A stretch of 64,000 bases of DNA from Patescibacteria group bacterium (GTDB taxonomy: Bacteria; Patescibacteriota; Patescibacteriia; JAQUQO01). Location of the stretch: assembly GCA_028716045.1 (NCBI GenBank), contig JAQUQO010000001.1, forward strand, positions 942-64,941. Reading direction: 5' to 3'. The notes beneath the pieces were generated by a model that worked only from the letters and a program-made list of their open reading frames with translations, was not told where the DNA came from and did not search any database. Shown in pieces: positions 50,577-58,507 of this stretch (positions are counted from its first letter, which is position 1; each line of letters opens with the position of its first letter). The translations under genes were made by a program, and so were the position numbers.

Positions 50577-51866
50577 ATGGTTTTATTGTCTAAGATTAGC
50601 CAAAAAATAGACAAAGAAGTAACTGTCGGCGGTTGGGTTCACAATTATCGCTCTTCCGGCAGTATTTTCTTTTTGGAAATTCGCGATGGTTCCGGTTTTA
50701 TTCAGGCAGTTGTTAATAAAAGCTCGGTTTCCGAGGGGTCGTGGGAAGCTTGTGAAAAATTGACTCTTGAAACTTCGGTGGAGGTGGCGGGAATAGTGAC
50801 CAAGCATCCCAAAAAAGAAGGAGTTTTTGAACTACAAGTCAAAGATTTAAAAATTATCCAACTGGCCGGCGAATATCCCATCGGAAAAAAGGAACATGGC
50901 CCGGACTTTTTAATGGACCACCGGCATCTTTGGCTTCGTTCCGGAAAACAGTGGGCGATTTTAAAAATCCGCGACGCGGTGATTACCGCTATGAATGATT
51001 TTTTACACGAGAAAGATTTTATTAAAGTTGATTCGCCGATTTTTACCCCTAATGCCTGCGAGGGGACCACCACGCTTTTCCCCGTCCCATATTTTGATTT
51101 AGGAACCGCCTATCTTTCTCAGTCCGGCCAGCTCTATCTGGAAGCCGCTATCGCTTCGGTCGGCCGATGCTATGACTTCGGCCCCGTTTTCCGTGCCGAG
51201 AAAAGTAAAACCAAAAGACATTTAACCGAATTTTGGATGCTGGATGCCGAAGCCGCTTTTGTGGAGCACGAAGAAAATTTAAAAATTCAGGAAGACCTTG
51301 TCCGCAGTATAATTCGTTATTGTTTAAAAAATTGCGGCGAAGAACTTCGTATTCTTGAGAGAGATGCGGCGAAATTAAAACAAGCCGACGGGCCATTTAA
51401 ACGTTTGACTTACGACGAAGCCATCGCCAAACTGCAGGAACTGGGCAGTGATATTAAATACGGCGAAGATTTGGGCAATGACGATGAGGGACTTTTGACC
51501 AAGGATAGTCCCATGCCGGTATTTATAGAGAAGTGGCCAAAAAGCATCAAGCCATTTTATATGAAACGCGACGCTAAAAATCCTAAACTGGTTTTGAACG
51601 ATGATTTAATTGCCACCGAGGGCGCGGGTGAAATTATCGGCGGTTCCCAGCGCGAAGATGACATAGAACTATTATCCGCCAGGATAGATAAGGAGGGATT
51701 AAAAAGGGAAGATTACGAGTGGTATTTGGATTTGCGCCGCTACGGCTCTGTGCCGCATTCCGGATTTGGCATCGGTCTGGAACGCACCGTGCGCTGGATT
51801 GCCGGCGTGGAGCATATCCGTGAGTGTATCCCTTTCCCGAGAACTATAAACAGGTTAAAACCGTAA
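50577..51866 (+). CDS. asnS: Asparagine--tRNA ligase
   Basis: HRHLWLRS, YLSQSGQLYLE, FRAEKSKTKRHLTEFWM, WYLDLRRYG. Confidence 0.95.
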   Translation: MVLLSKISQKIDKEVTVGGWVHNYRSSGSIFFLEIRDGSGFIQAVVNKSSVSEGSWEACEKLTLETSVEVAGIVTKHPKKEGVFELQVKDLKIIQLAGEYPIGKKEHGPDFLMDHRHLWLRSGKQWAILKIRDAVITAMNDFLHEKDFIKVDSPIFTPNACEGTTTLFPVPYFDLGTAYLSQSGQLYLEAAIASVGRCYDFGPVFRAEKSKTKRHLTEFWMLDAEAAFVEHEENLKIQEDLVRSIIRYCLKNCGEELRILERDAAKLKQADGPFKRLTYDEAIAKLQELGSDIKYGEDLGNDDEGLLTKDSPMPVFIEKWPKSIKPFYMKRDAKNPKLVLNDDLIATEGAGEIIGGSQREDDIELLSARIDKEGLKREDYEWYLDLRRYGSVPHSGFGIGLERTVRWIAGVEHIRECIPFPRTINRLKP

Positions 51867-51916
51867 ATTTTAGTTTTATTATTTGAAATAATGGGCGAAA
51901 GCCCGAATAAGATATT

Positions 51917-53323
51917 ATGGAGAGAACATTAACCAAGGAGACAATAAAAAAAGTCGGAGAAAGAGTTTTAATCAAGGGCTGGGTTCACTCCCGCCGTAAT
52001 CTCGGTAAATTTACTTTTATTGATTTGCGGGATAAGGAGGGGTTAGTACAGGTTATTTTTATCCCAAGTGAAATGGAAAGCGGGCAGGATTTAGTCAAAG
52101 ATATCCGTTCGGAGTTTGTTTTATCCATTGAAGGAATGGTGCAAAAGCGCGGGCCCAAACAGATAAATCCTAATTTAGCCACCGGCGAGATTGAAATTTT
52201 AGCTAAAAATTTGGAAATTTTAAGTACCGCTGAAACGCCGCCATTTGAAGTGGATAAAGACACTAGGGAAATCAGCGAGGAGCTGCGTTTAAAGTATCGC
52301 TATTTGGACTTGCGCAGTGAGCGAATGAAAAATAATTTGGTTCTGCGTAGCAAACTCACTCATTTTTTTCTGCAATGGCTGGAGCGCAAGGGATTTTTGT
52401 ATGTGGAAACGCCGTATTTAACTAAGGGGACTCCCGAAGGGGCGAGAGAATATATTCTTCCCTCGCGTTTATTCCCCGGAGAATTTTATGTTTTGCCTCA
52501 ATCACCGCAGCAGTTCAAACAGTTGCTGATGGTGGCCGGGGCGGAAAGATATTGCCAATTGGCGCGTTGTTTCCGTGATGAGGACCAAAGGGGAGACAGG
52601 CAGCCGGAATTTACGCAGATAGATTTAGAAATGTCCTTTGTGGAGCAGGAAGATATTTTAAAGTTGGCAGAAGAATTAGTTATCGAACTTATCAAAACTC
52701 TTTGCCCGGGGAAGCCAATATTAAGCACCCCTTTCCCGCGGCTTACTTACAAAGAAACAATAGAAAAATATAATACCGACAAGCCGGATTTGCGGCAGGA
52801 TAAAAATAATCCGGACGAGCTGGCCTTTGCCTGGGTAGTTGATTTTCCGCTTTTTGAATATTCCGCAGAAGAAAAAAAATTAGTTTCCTGCCATCATCCT
52901 TTTACTTCGCCCAAAAAGGAGGACGAGCCGCTTTTGGAAAGCGACCCGGTAAAAGTTAAAGCCGAGGCTTACGATTTGGTTTTAAACGGTTTTGAAATCG
53001 CCGGCGGCAGTATCAGAATTCACAGTCGCGAATTGCAGAATAAGATATTTAAGATTTTGGGGTTAGATGACGAAAAAATCACCGAGCGTTTTGGGCATCT
53101 GTTGGAGGCCTTTAAATATGGCGTGCCTCCGCACGGCGGAATCGCTTTTGGTTTTGACCGCCTGCTGATGTTGCTGGCCGGAGAACCGAACATCAGAGAA
53201 GTTATTCCTTTTCCGAAAACGAGCGATGCCAAGGATTTAATGATGGGCGCGCCGAGCGCGTTGGAAGAAGAAAGATTAAAGGAAGCGCACATCAAATTAA
53301 TAAAGAAGGATTTAAAAAAGTAA
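51917..53323 (+). CDS. aspS: Aspartate--tRNA ligase, short form
   Basis: RLKYRYLDLR, LPQSPQQFKQLLM, CFRDED.RGDRQPEFTQ, PPHGGIAFGFDR. Confidence 0.95.
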   Translation: MERTLTKETIKKVGERVLIKGWVHSRRNLGKFTFIDLRDKEGLVQVIFIPSEMESGQDLVKDIRSEFVLSIEGMVQKRGPKQINPNLATGEIEILAKNLEILSTAETPPFEVDKDTREISEELRLKYRYLDLRSERMKNNLVLRSKLTHFFLQWLERKGFLYVETPYLTKGTPEGAREYILPSRLFPGEFYVLPQSPQQFKQLLMVAGAERYCQLARCFRDEDQRGDRQPEFTQIDLEMSFVEQEDILKLAEELVIELIKTLCPGKPILSTPFPRLTYKETIEKYNTDKPDLRQDKNNPDELAFAWVVDFPLFEYSAEEKKLVSCHHPFTSPKKEDEPLLESDPVKVKAEAYDLVLNGFEIAGGSIRIHSRELQNKIFKILGLDDEKITERFGHLLEAFKYGVPPHGGIAFGFDRLLMLLAGEPNIREVIPFPKTSDAKDLMMGAPSALEEERLKEAHIKLIKKDLKK

Positions 53324-53375
53324 ATAAATTTTTCCGATAATCGGGAGTAGAGGGCTAAAACTGTGGCGAAAAAAT

Positions 53376-53717
53376 ATGCGGGCATCTTCATTGCAAAAAT
53401 ATATCCTGCTTCAGGGGTTGAATCAAAAGGGCAAATTCAGCCGGAATATTTTGGTTAAATTTTATAATAATTACAAAAGAAAACCGAAAGAAGCGGATAT
53501 TACTAATATCATCACTAAAAGCTTGGAACGTCTGATTGGCAAGGGTTTATTAACCGGTTATGGGGTGAGAACCAAGGAGAAATGGTTTATTAAAGAAATT
53601 TTCCTGACGCCCTTAGGCAGAAAATCAGCCAAAAAATTTTTAGGAGTACAAAAAAAGCTTCCTTTAAAACTAAGTTCAAATATAAAATTTTATGACCATC
53701 CCCAAAAGCATTCTTAA
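53376..53717 (+). CDS. Hypothetical basic protein, winged-helix-like
   Basis: ITKSLERLIGKGLL...LTPLGRK pattern. Confidence 0.55.
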   Translation: MRASSLQKYILLQGLNQKGKFSRNILVKFYNNYKRKPKEADITNIITKSLERLIGKGLLTGYGVRTKEKWFIKEIFLTPLGRKSAKKFLGVQKKLPLKLSSNIKFYDHPQKHS

Positions 53718-54198
53718 ACATTTAGAAAAAAATAAAATCAAGTATCAGGTGATACCGCACAAAAAAGTTTACACGGCTTACGATTTGGCGGCGACGCTTA
53801 AAGAAGACATTAAAAAAATCGCCAAAACGTTATTGGTGCGCGCTGATAAGAGGTATTATCTGGTGACAATTCCCGCGCATTATCAGCTGGATTTTGGGAA
53901 AATAAAAAAGTTGGTTAAAGCCAAAACGGTAGAATTAGCCAAGGAAAAAATAATGGTGAAATTATTTAAAGTAAAACCCGGCGCTCTGACCCCCTTTGCC
54001 AGTTTTCACAAGGTTGAATTGGTGGCGGACAATTCACTTAAAAAATTAGCCGATATTTTAGTTGGGGCCGGCAGTTATACTGAATCATTAAGAATAAAAA
54101 CCAAGGATTGGCTTAAATCCGAGAAGCCGATTTTTGGGGCCATTGGCAAAATAAAAAAGTTTAAACCGATAAAAACGAAATCCAAGAAGAGAAAATAA
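53692..54198 (+). CDS. YbaK/EbsC-family aminoacyl-tRNA editing domain protein
   Basis: H..VYTA, IAKTLLV, PGALTPF, GAGSYTESL. Confidence 0.85.
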   Translation: MTIPKSILKHLEKNKIKYQVIPHKKVYTAYDLAATLKEDIKKIAKTLLVRADKRYYLVTIPAHYQLDFGKIKKLVKAKTVELAKEKIMVKLFKVKPGALTPFASFHKVELVADNSLKKLADILVGAGSYTESLRIKTKDWLKSEKPIFGAIGKIKKFKPIKTKSKKRK

Positions 54199-54222
54199 AA
54201 ATGTCATCAGATAAAACTGACG

Positions 54223-54918
54223 ATGTATAATATAAAAATAGGGAAATTTGAAGGCCCCCTTGATCTCTTGCTCGGACTTATTGAGGAGCAAGAGCTGGAT
54301 ATTACCCAGGTTTCTTTGGCTGAAGTTACGGAACAATACCTGGGTTATTTAGACCAAATAGAAAAACGCCATCCGGAAGAGTTGGCGGATTTTTTGGTTG
54401 TGGCGTCCAAATTGATTTATATCAAATCCAAGAATTTGATTCCGTCTTTAGAGATTGACGAGGACGCGCAAGAACTGGAGTACCAACTCAAAATATACAA
54501 GGAGTATCTGACCGCCGCGCAGGATATCGAGAAGATGATTTCTAAAAAGCGTTTTGTTTTTTCCAGAGAAAAAGCCATTATTATTGAACCGACTTTTTCT
54601 CCCCCGCCCAAACTGACAAAAGATATTTTAGCTCGCGCTTTTGCCGCCATTTTAGGCAGAATTGAACCGATTATTGAGCTGCCCAAGAGAGCTATCGTTC
54701 GGGCGATGTCTATTAAAGAAAAAATCAGCCAATTGCGAGATCGTATTTTAGCGCAGGCGACTCTAAGTTTTCAGGAGTTCACCAAGGGCGCCAAGGGAAA
54801 AACGGATATCATCGTGAGCTTCCTCGCAGTTTTGGAACTCGTCAAACAAAAAATTATTGACGTCAAACAGCCGGAAATCTTTCAGGATATTACCATAGAA
54901 AGAATAAATAATTCGTAA
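54223..54918 (+). CDS. scpA: Segregation/condensation protein A
   Basis: FEGPLDLLL, IYIKSK.L.P, FLAVLELVK. Confidence 0.94.
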   Translation: MYNIKIGKFEGPLDLLLGLIEEQELDITQVSLAEVTEQYLGYLDQIEKRHPEELADFLVVASKLIYIKSKNLIPSLEIDEDAQELEYQLKIYKEYLTAAQDIEKMISKKRFVFSREKAIIIEPTFSPPPKLTKDILARAFAAILGRIEPIIELPKRAIVRAMSIKEKISQLRDRILAQATLSFQEFTKGAKGKTDIIVSFLAVLELVKQKIIDVKQPEIFQDITIERINNS

Positions 54919-54924
54919 ATTGAT

Positions 54925-55506
54925 ATGCTTAAGTCAAAAATTGAAAGTTTATTGTTTATTTCCCCGCGGCCGTTGTCAGTAGCGAAAATAGCCCAGCTGA
55001 CAGGGAGTGATAAAGATGAAGTTAAAACGGCGCTTAGCGAGCTGATGAAAGAATTTAATGACCGGGCCGGCGGCATTCAGCTTGTCAAAAATTTTTGGGA
55101 TTATCAGATGACCACCACTCCGAACAATTCCAAGTTGGTCAAAGATTTTATTAAAGATGAAATTTCCGGAGAGTTGACTAAACCGTCGCTGGAGGCCCTG
55201 GCTATCATTGTTTATCGCGCGCCGATTACCAAACCGGAACTGGAACAAATCAGGGGCGTGAACTGCAGTTTGATTTTGCGCAATTTGATGATTCGTGGTC
55301 TAGCGGAGCAGGAAGAAGATAAAAAAACCAAGCTGATTTATTATAAGCCCACTTTTGAATTTTTAAAATTTTTAGGGGTACACGAGGCTTCGGAATTACC
55401 TAATTTTGAGAAGCTCAATTCCGATGAAAATTTGCAGAAGTTATTAGACATTCGTCTGACCCCTCCGCCGGCCGCGCCCGCCGTTGATAAAGAACCAATC
55501 ATTTAA
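54925..55506 (+). CDS. scpB: Segregation/condensation protein B
   Basis: IESLLF, LEALAIIVYRAPITK.ELEQIRGVN. Confidence 0.94.
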   Translation: MLKSKIESLLFISPRPLSVAKIAQLTGSDKDEVKTALSELMKEFNDRAGGIQLVKNFWDYQMTTTPNNSKLVKDFIKDEISGELTKPSLEALAIIVYRAPITKPELEQIRGVNCSLILRNLMIRGLAEQEEDKKTKLIYYKPTFEFLKFLGVHEASELPNFEKLNSDENLQKLLDIRLTPPPAAPAVDKEPII

Positions 55507-55508
55507 AT

Positions 55509-56498
55509 ATGTTGGCTAATTTAATTATCAATTTGTTTGTTGCCCTGACTATCGGACAATCGTTTTCCGGGCCGGGAGAAATTATTTTACCGGCCAAAGC
55601 CGCCGCGCCTGCCGCGGCAGAAGAGTCAGCCCAGAATGAAGCAGTAAAAAACGTCAGTGAAAATCTAACGGGAGAACCAACATCTGAAGGAACAATTAGA
55701 ACGCCGGAGAGGATAAATCTGGAAAGTAAAAGCTTGGGAGTAAAAATTACCGCCCAAAGCGTAGTGGTTGTTGATGGCGCTACCGGGAAAGTTCTATATC
55801 AAAACAATGACAGCGCCGTTCGTTCGATAGCGAGCATTACGAAGCTAATAACTGTACTCGTGTTTTTAGACAATAATCCCGGGTGGGATAAAGAAATTAT
55901 TTTTAATGAAGAAGACAAAAGCGAGGGGAGCACGGACTATTTATACGTGGGCGAAAGCGTCAAGGTCCGCGACCTTTTTTACCTTTCCCTAATGATGTCT
56001 AACAATAGCGCTACTACTGCCTTAGTGCGCTCCACGGGTTTGGGCCGAAGCGAATTTGTGAGTTTGATGAATAAAAAGGCGGAAGAATTTGGCATGGCCG
56101 ATACTCGTTTTGTAGATATCGTGGGATTTGATGACTTTAATATCTCCACTGCCCGCGATATAGCAAAGTTAGCCAGCGTGGCTTTTGCCAATTCCGATAT
56201 CCGAGAAGCGACCACTCCCGAGCGTTATACCATCCACACCTTAAATACCAATCGCTATTTTTATATTTATAATACTAATTATCTTTTGACCAGTTTTTTG
56301 AACGAGGGTGATTACCGCGTTGCCGCGGGGAAAACCGGTTATACTAATGCCGCTGGTTATTGTCTAGCGACAGAAATTGAGAAAAACGGAGCAGGCAACA
56401 TTATCACCGTAGTTTTGGGCAGCGATTCGCTGGACAATAGATTTCAAGACACTAAGGCCTTGGCTTATTGGGTGTTTAGTAATTACGAGTGGAGGTAA
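55509..56498 (+). CDS. D-alanyl-D-alanine carboxypeptidase/endopeptidase (peptidase S11)
   Basis: SxxK (ASITKL), SxN (SNN) and KTG (GKTGYT) motifs. Confidence 0.92.
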   Translation: MLANLIINLFVALTIGQSFSGPGEIILPAKAAAPAAAEESAQNEAVKNVSENLTGEPTSEGTIRTPERINLESKSLGVKITAQSVVVVDGATGKVLYQNNDSAVRSIASITKLITVLVFLDNNPGWDKEIIFNEEDKSEGSTDYLYVGESVKVRDLFYLSLMMSNNSATTALVRSTGLGRSEFVSLMNKKAEEFGMADTRFVDIVGFDDFNISTARDIAKLASVAFANSDIREATTPERYTIHTLNTNRYFYIYNTNYLLTSFLNEGDYRVAAGKTGYTNAAGYCLATEIEKNGAGNIITVVLGSDSLDNRFQDTKALAYWVFSNYEWR

Positions 56499-56536
56499 AG
56501 CAGCTTACGGCTTACGGACTACCGACTACGGAAATT

Positions 56537-56567
56537 AAAAAAGACGGAATTTTACTTCCGTCTTTTT
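56537..56567. terminator. Bidirectional terminator
   Basis: aaaaaagacggaa-tttta-cttccgtctttttt between convergent genes. Confidence 0.7.
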
Positions 56568-57516
56568 ATATTTTTATGTGGAGCAGGACTATTTCCGGCG
56601 GGTTAAATAATCTGGCCCGGGTTCCGGATTCCCCGATGCCGCTCGTTATATAGAGGAGATAATTTTTTATTTTAAAAAGCCCTTTGTCGTATTGGCGGCC
56701 GAAGAAAGTCGGAATAGTCGGCACGGAGCCGATAAAGGGCAAACGGATTTGCCCTCCGTGAGTGTGCCCGCAAAGGATTAAAGCCACTTGGCGATTTCTC
56801 CGGATAATAGTTCTCATTATATCCGGGCTATGGGCAAGGACAATTTTAGGATAATTGTTATCGGTATATTTCAGGGCGTGCTCCATGTTATCCAAACCAG
56901 CCCAGACGTCGTCAATCCCCAAAAGCCAGAATTGGCTGTCGCGGATATTTATAAGCCGTGATTCATTAGATAAATAGTTGGCCCCGATACTCTCAAAAAT
57001 ATCTTGCACCTCGCTGGACTTGTCTATAAATTTATTGAATTCGTAGATACGGCCGATATCATATTCATGATTGCCGCTCACGGCATACGAGGGAATTCTT
57101 TCGGTCGCCGGCGCGAGATTTTTCAGCCCGTCTATTTTATCATATCCTCCAAAAACCTGGTCGCCGGCGAAGAAGATTAAATCGGGATTCAATGCCAGCA
57201 GTTTGGAAGAGATTTTATTGACGAATCCGCTCTTTTTAAAGGGTCCGACATGTATATCGGAGAGGAGGGCGATGGTAACGGTATTATCGGAATTTGGATT
57301 GATATCAAGATATTTATTTTTTACGGTGATTATTCTCGGTTCTATAAAACTGCCATAAAATATAACCAACCCCGAAAAGATAGTCAGGGTAATTAAAATT
57401 TGCCAAATTATTTTTTTACCTTGTCGCTGTTTAATTTTTTGCCAAAACAAAAAAGACAGCAACGCTGTCAGAAAGAGGTAAGTAAAAATTATAATATCAA
57501 AATAAATATAAGTCAT
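56566..57516 (-). CDS. Membrane-anchored metallophosphoesterase
   Basis: DIH, GD, GNHE, AH.PD and GHTHGGQ motifs. Confidence 0.9.
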   Translation of the reverse strand: MTYIYFDIIIFTYLFLTALLSFLFWQKIKQRQGKKIIWQILITLTIFSGLVIFYGSFIEPRIITVKNKYLDINPNSDNTVTIALLSDIHVGPFKKSGFVNKISSKLLALNPDLIFFAGDQVFGGYDKIDGLKNLAPATERIPSYAVSGNHEYDIGRIYEFNKFIDKSSEVQDIFESIGANYLSNESRLINIRDSQFWLLGIDDVWAGLDNMEHALKYTDNNYPKIVLAHSPDIMRTIIRRNRQVALILCGHTHGGQIRLPFIGSVPTIPTFFGRQYDKGLFKIKNYLLYITSGIGESGTRARLFNPPEIVLLHIKI

Positions 57517-57528
57517 GAATTTTTAATA

Positions 57529-57610
57529 GTAGCGGCGGGTGGGGTCTCCGCCAAAGGCGGACCAGCCTCTGGCTGGGAACCACCGATCCCGAGTACTCGG
57601 GATTATGAGC
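57529..57610 (-). pseudogene. 3' half of a tRNA-Met(CAT) gene interrupted by palindromic inserts
   Basis: Minus strand: GCTCATAATC-CCGAGTACTCGG-GATC-GGTGG-TTC[CCAGCCAGAGGCTGG TCCGCCTTTGGCGGA]GACC-CCACC-CGCCGCT-AC. No 5' half is present. Confidence 0.7.
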
Positions 57611-57623
57611 GTCGTAGTAAATG

Positions 57624-57697
57624 TACCAGGGGAGGGATTCGAACCCTCGACCTTGGCGTTATGAGTGCCACGCTCTTACCAACTGAGCTACCCTGGC
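57624..57697 (-). tRNA. tRNA with CAT anticodon (elongator Met or Ile2)
   Basis: GCCAGGGTAGCTCAGTTGGTAAGAGCGTGGCACTCATAACGCCAAGGTCGAGGGTTCGAATCCCTCCCCTGGTA; CCA not encoded. Confidence 0.9.
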
Positions 57698-57739
57698 TTT
57701 TAAAAGCCGTAAGCCGCTTGGCTTACAGCTTTTTTCTTG

Positions 57740-57813
57740 TTGCGGGGGTGAGATTTGAACTCACGACCTCCAGGTTATGGGCCTGGCGAGCTGCCGGGCT
57801 GCTCTACCCCGCG
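57740..57813 (-). tRNA. Initiator tRNA-fMet(CAT)
   Basis: CGCGGGGTAGAGCAGCCCGGCAGCTCGCCAGGCCCATAACCTGGAGGTCGTGAGTTCAAATCTCACCCCCGCAA; C1:A72 mismatch. Confidence 0.9.
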
Positions 57814-58071
57814 ATGTTGTTGGCAATTATCAACAAATTTTTCCAAAGCTTTCCTACTTTTTAATGATTTTAAATATTTTTCATGTTTAACCGCTTCTGA
57901 TCTGGTCGGAAATCCTTTTATATAAACATATTGCCACGGCAAATACGGTTTTGTTGACTTGTTTTTACCCGTATTGTGGTATTTTATTCTGGTATCCAAA
58001 TTATTACAATGACCTATATAATATTTATTAAATGGTATGCTATTAATGATGTATGTGAAATAGTTTGCCAT
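57775..58071 (-). CDS. Small GIY-YIG nuclease family protein whose ORF runs into tRNA-fMet
   Basis: YFTYIINS....YYIGH..NL..RI..HN.G...STK...PW..VY......RSEA...EKYLKS.K; the stop is the TAA in the tRNA anticodon loop. Confidence 0.88.
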   Translation of the reverse strand: MANYFTYIINSIPFNKYYIGHCNNLDTRIKYHNTGKNKSTKPYLPWQYVYIKGFPTRSEAVKHEKYLKSLKSRKALEKFVDNCQQHRGVEQPGSSPGP

Positions 58072-58093
58072 TTATAGATTTTAATTACAGCGA

Positions 58094-58234
58094 GGCCTGG
58101 CGAGTCCCGATTTTTAGAGCCGCTGCAAGCGGCCTAAAAATCGAGGATCCTCGAAATTGTTGCAAAATCGGAGATTTTGACAATTTCGGGACTGCCGGGC
58201 TGCTCCCTGCCTGCCGGCAGGCAGGTACCCCGCG
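58094..58234 (-). pseudogene. Duplicated 5' half of tRNA-fMet with two palindromic insertions
   Basis: Plus strand ggcctggcgag[58105-58191]ctgccgggctgctc[cctgcctgccggcaggcagg]taccccgcg equals 57780-57813 once the inserts are removed. Confidence 0.85.
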
Positions 58235-58249
58235 ATGATTATATCTTGT

Positions 58250-58278
58250 ATTATATAAATAAATCATGTTTTTGTCAA
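58250..58278 (-). promoter_or_regulatory. Consensus sigma70 promoter driving the tRNA-Met cluster
   Basis: TTGACA (58278-58273)-17 nt-TATAAT (58255-58250). Confidence 0.8.
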
Positions 58279-58507
58279 ACCCATTGGCCCTTTGACGTTT
58301 AAAGCGCTCGGGGTCTTGACGAATTAAAGATTTTGTGTTATTTTATAAAGTGGTTCTTTTTACCGCTTATATTTGCGATAATCGCGAATATAAGCAAAAA
58401 CTCCGGCCCGGAGAGTAGGGTATTTTGCCAAATGGTGAATGTCCAACTCGGTTCCGAATGGTTCGGGATTGGTTTGGCTAGTGCCTTTGGCGGAAGGAGA
58501 AAAAGTT

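Noticed and set aside
17368-56215. Numerous 60-180 aa antisense or nested ORFs in the ORF track
   Set aside because: They are shadow frames of well-supported genes, with no motifs or expression signals of their own.
57400-57864. 154-aa plus-strand ORF
   Set aside because: It is antisense to two tRNAs and a CDS, with no recognisable protein features.
57529-58234. Split or intron-containing tRNA joining the fMet 5' half to the Met 3' half
   Set aside because: The acceptor strands are not complementary (CGCGGGG vs CGCCGCT), and no group I/II intron core motifs are visible.
58085-58267. 60-aa ORF containing PACRQAG
   Set aside because: It is a read-through of the 20-bp palindrome and tRNA half and overlaps the promoter.
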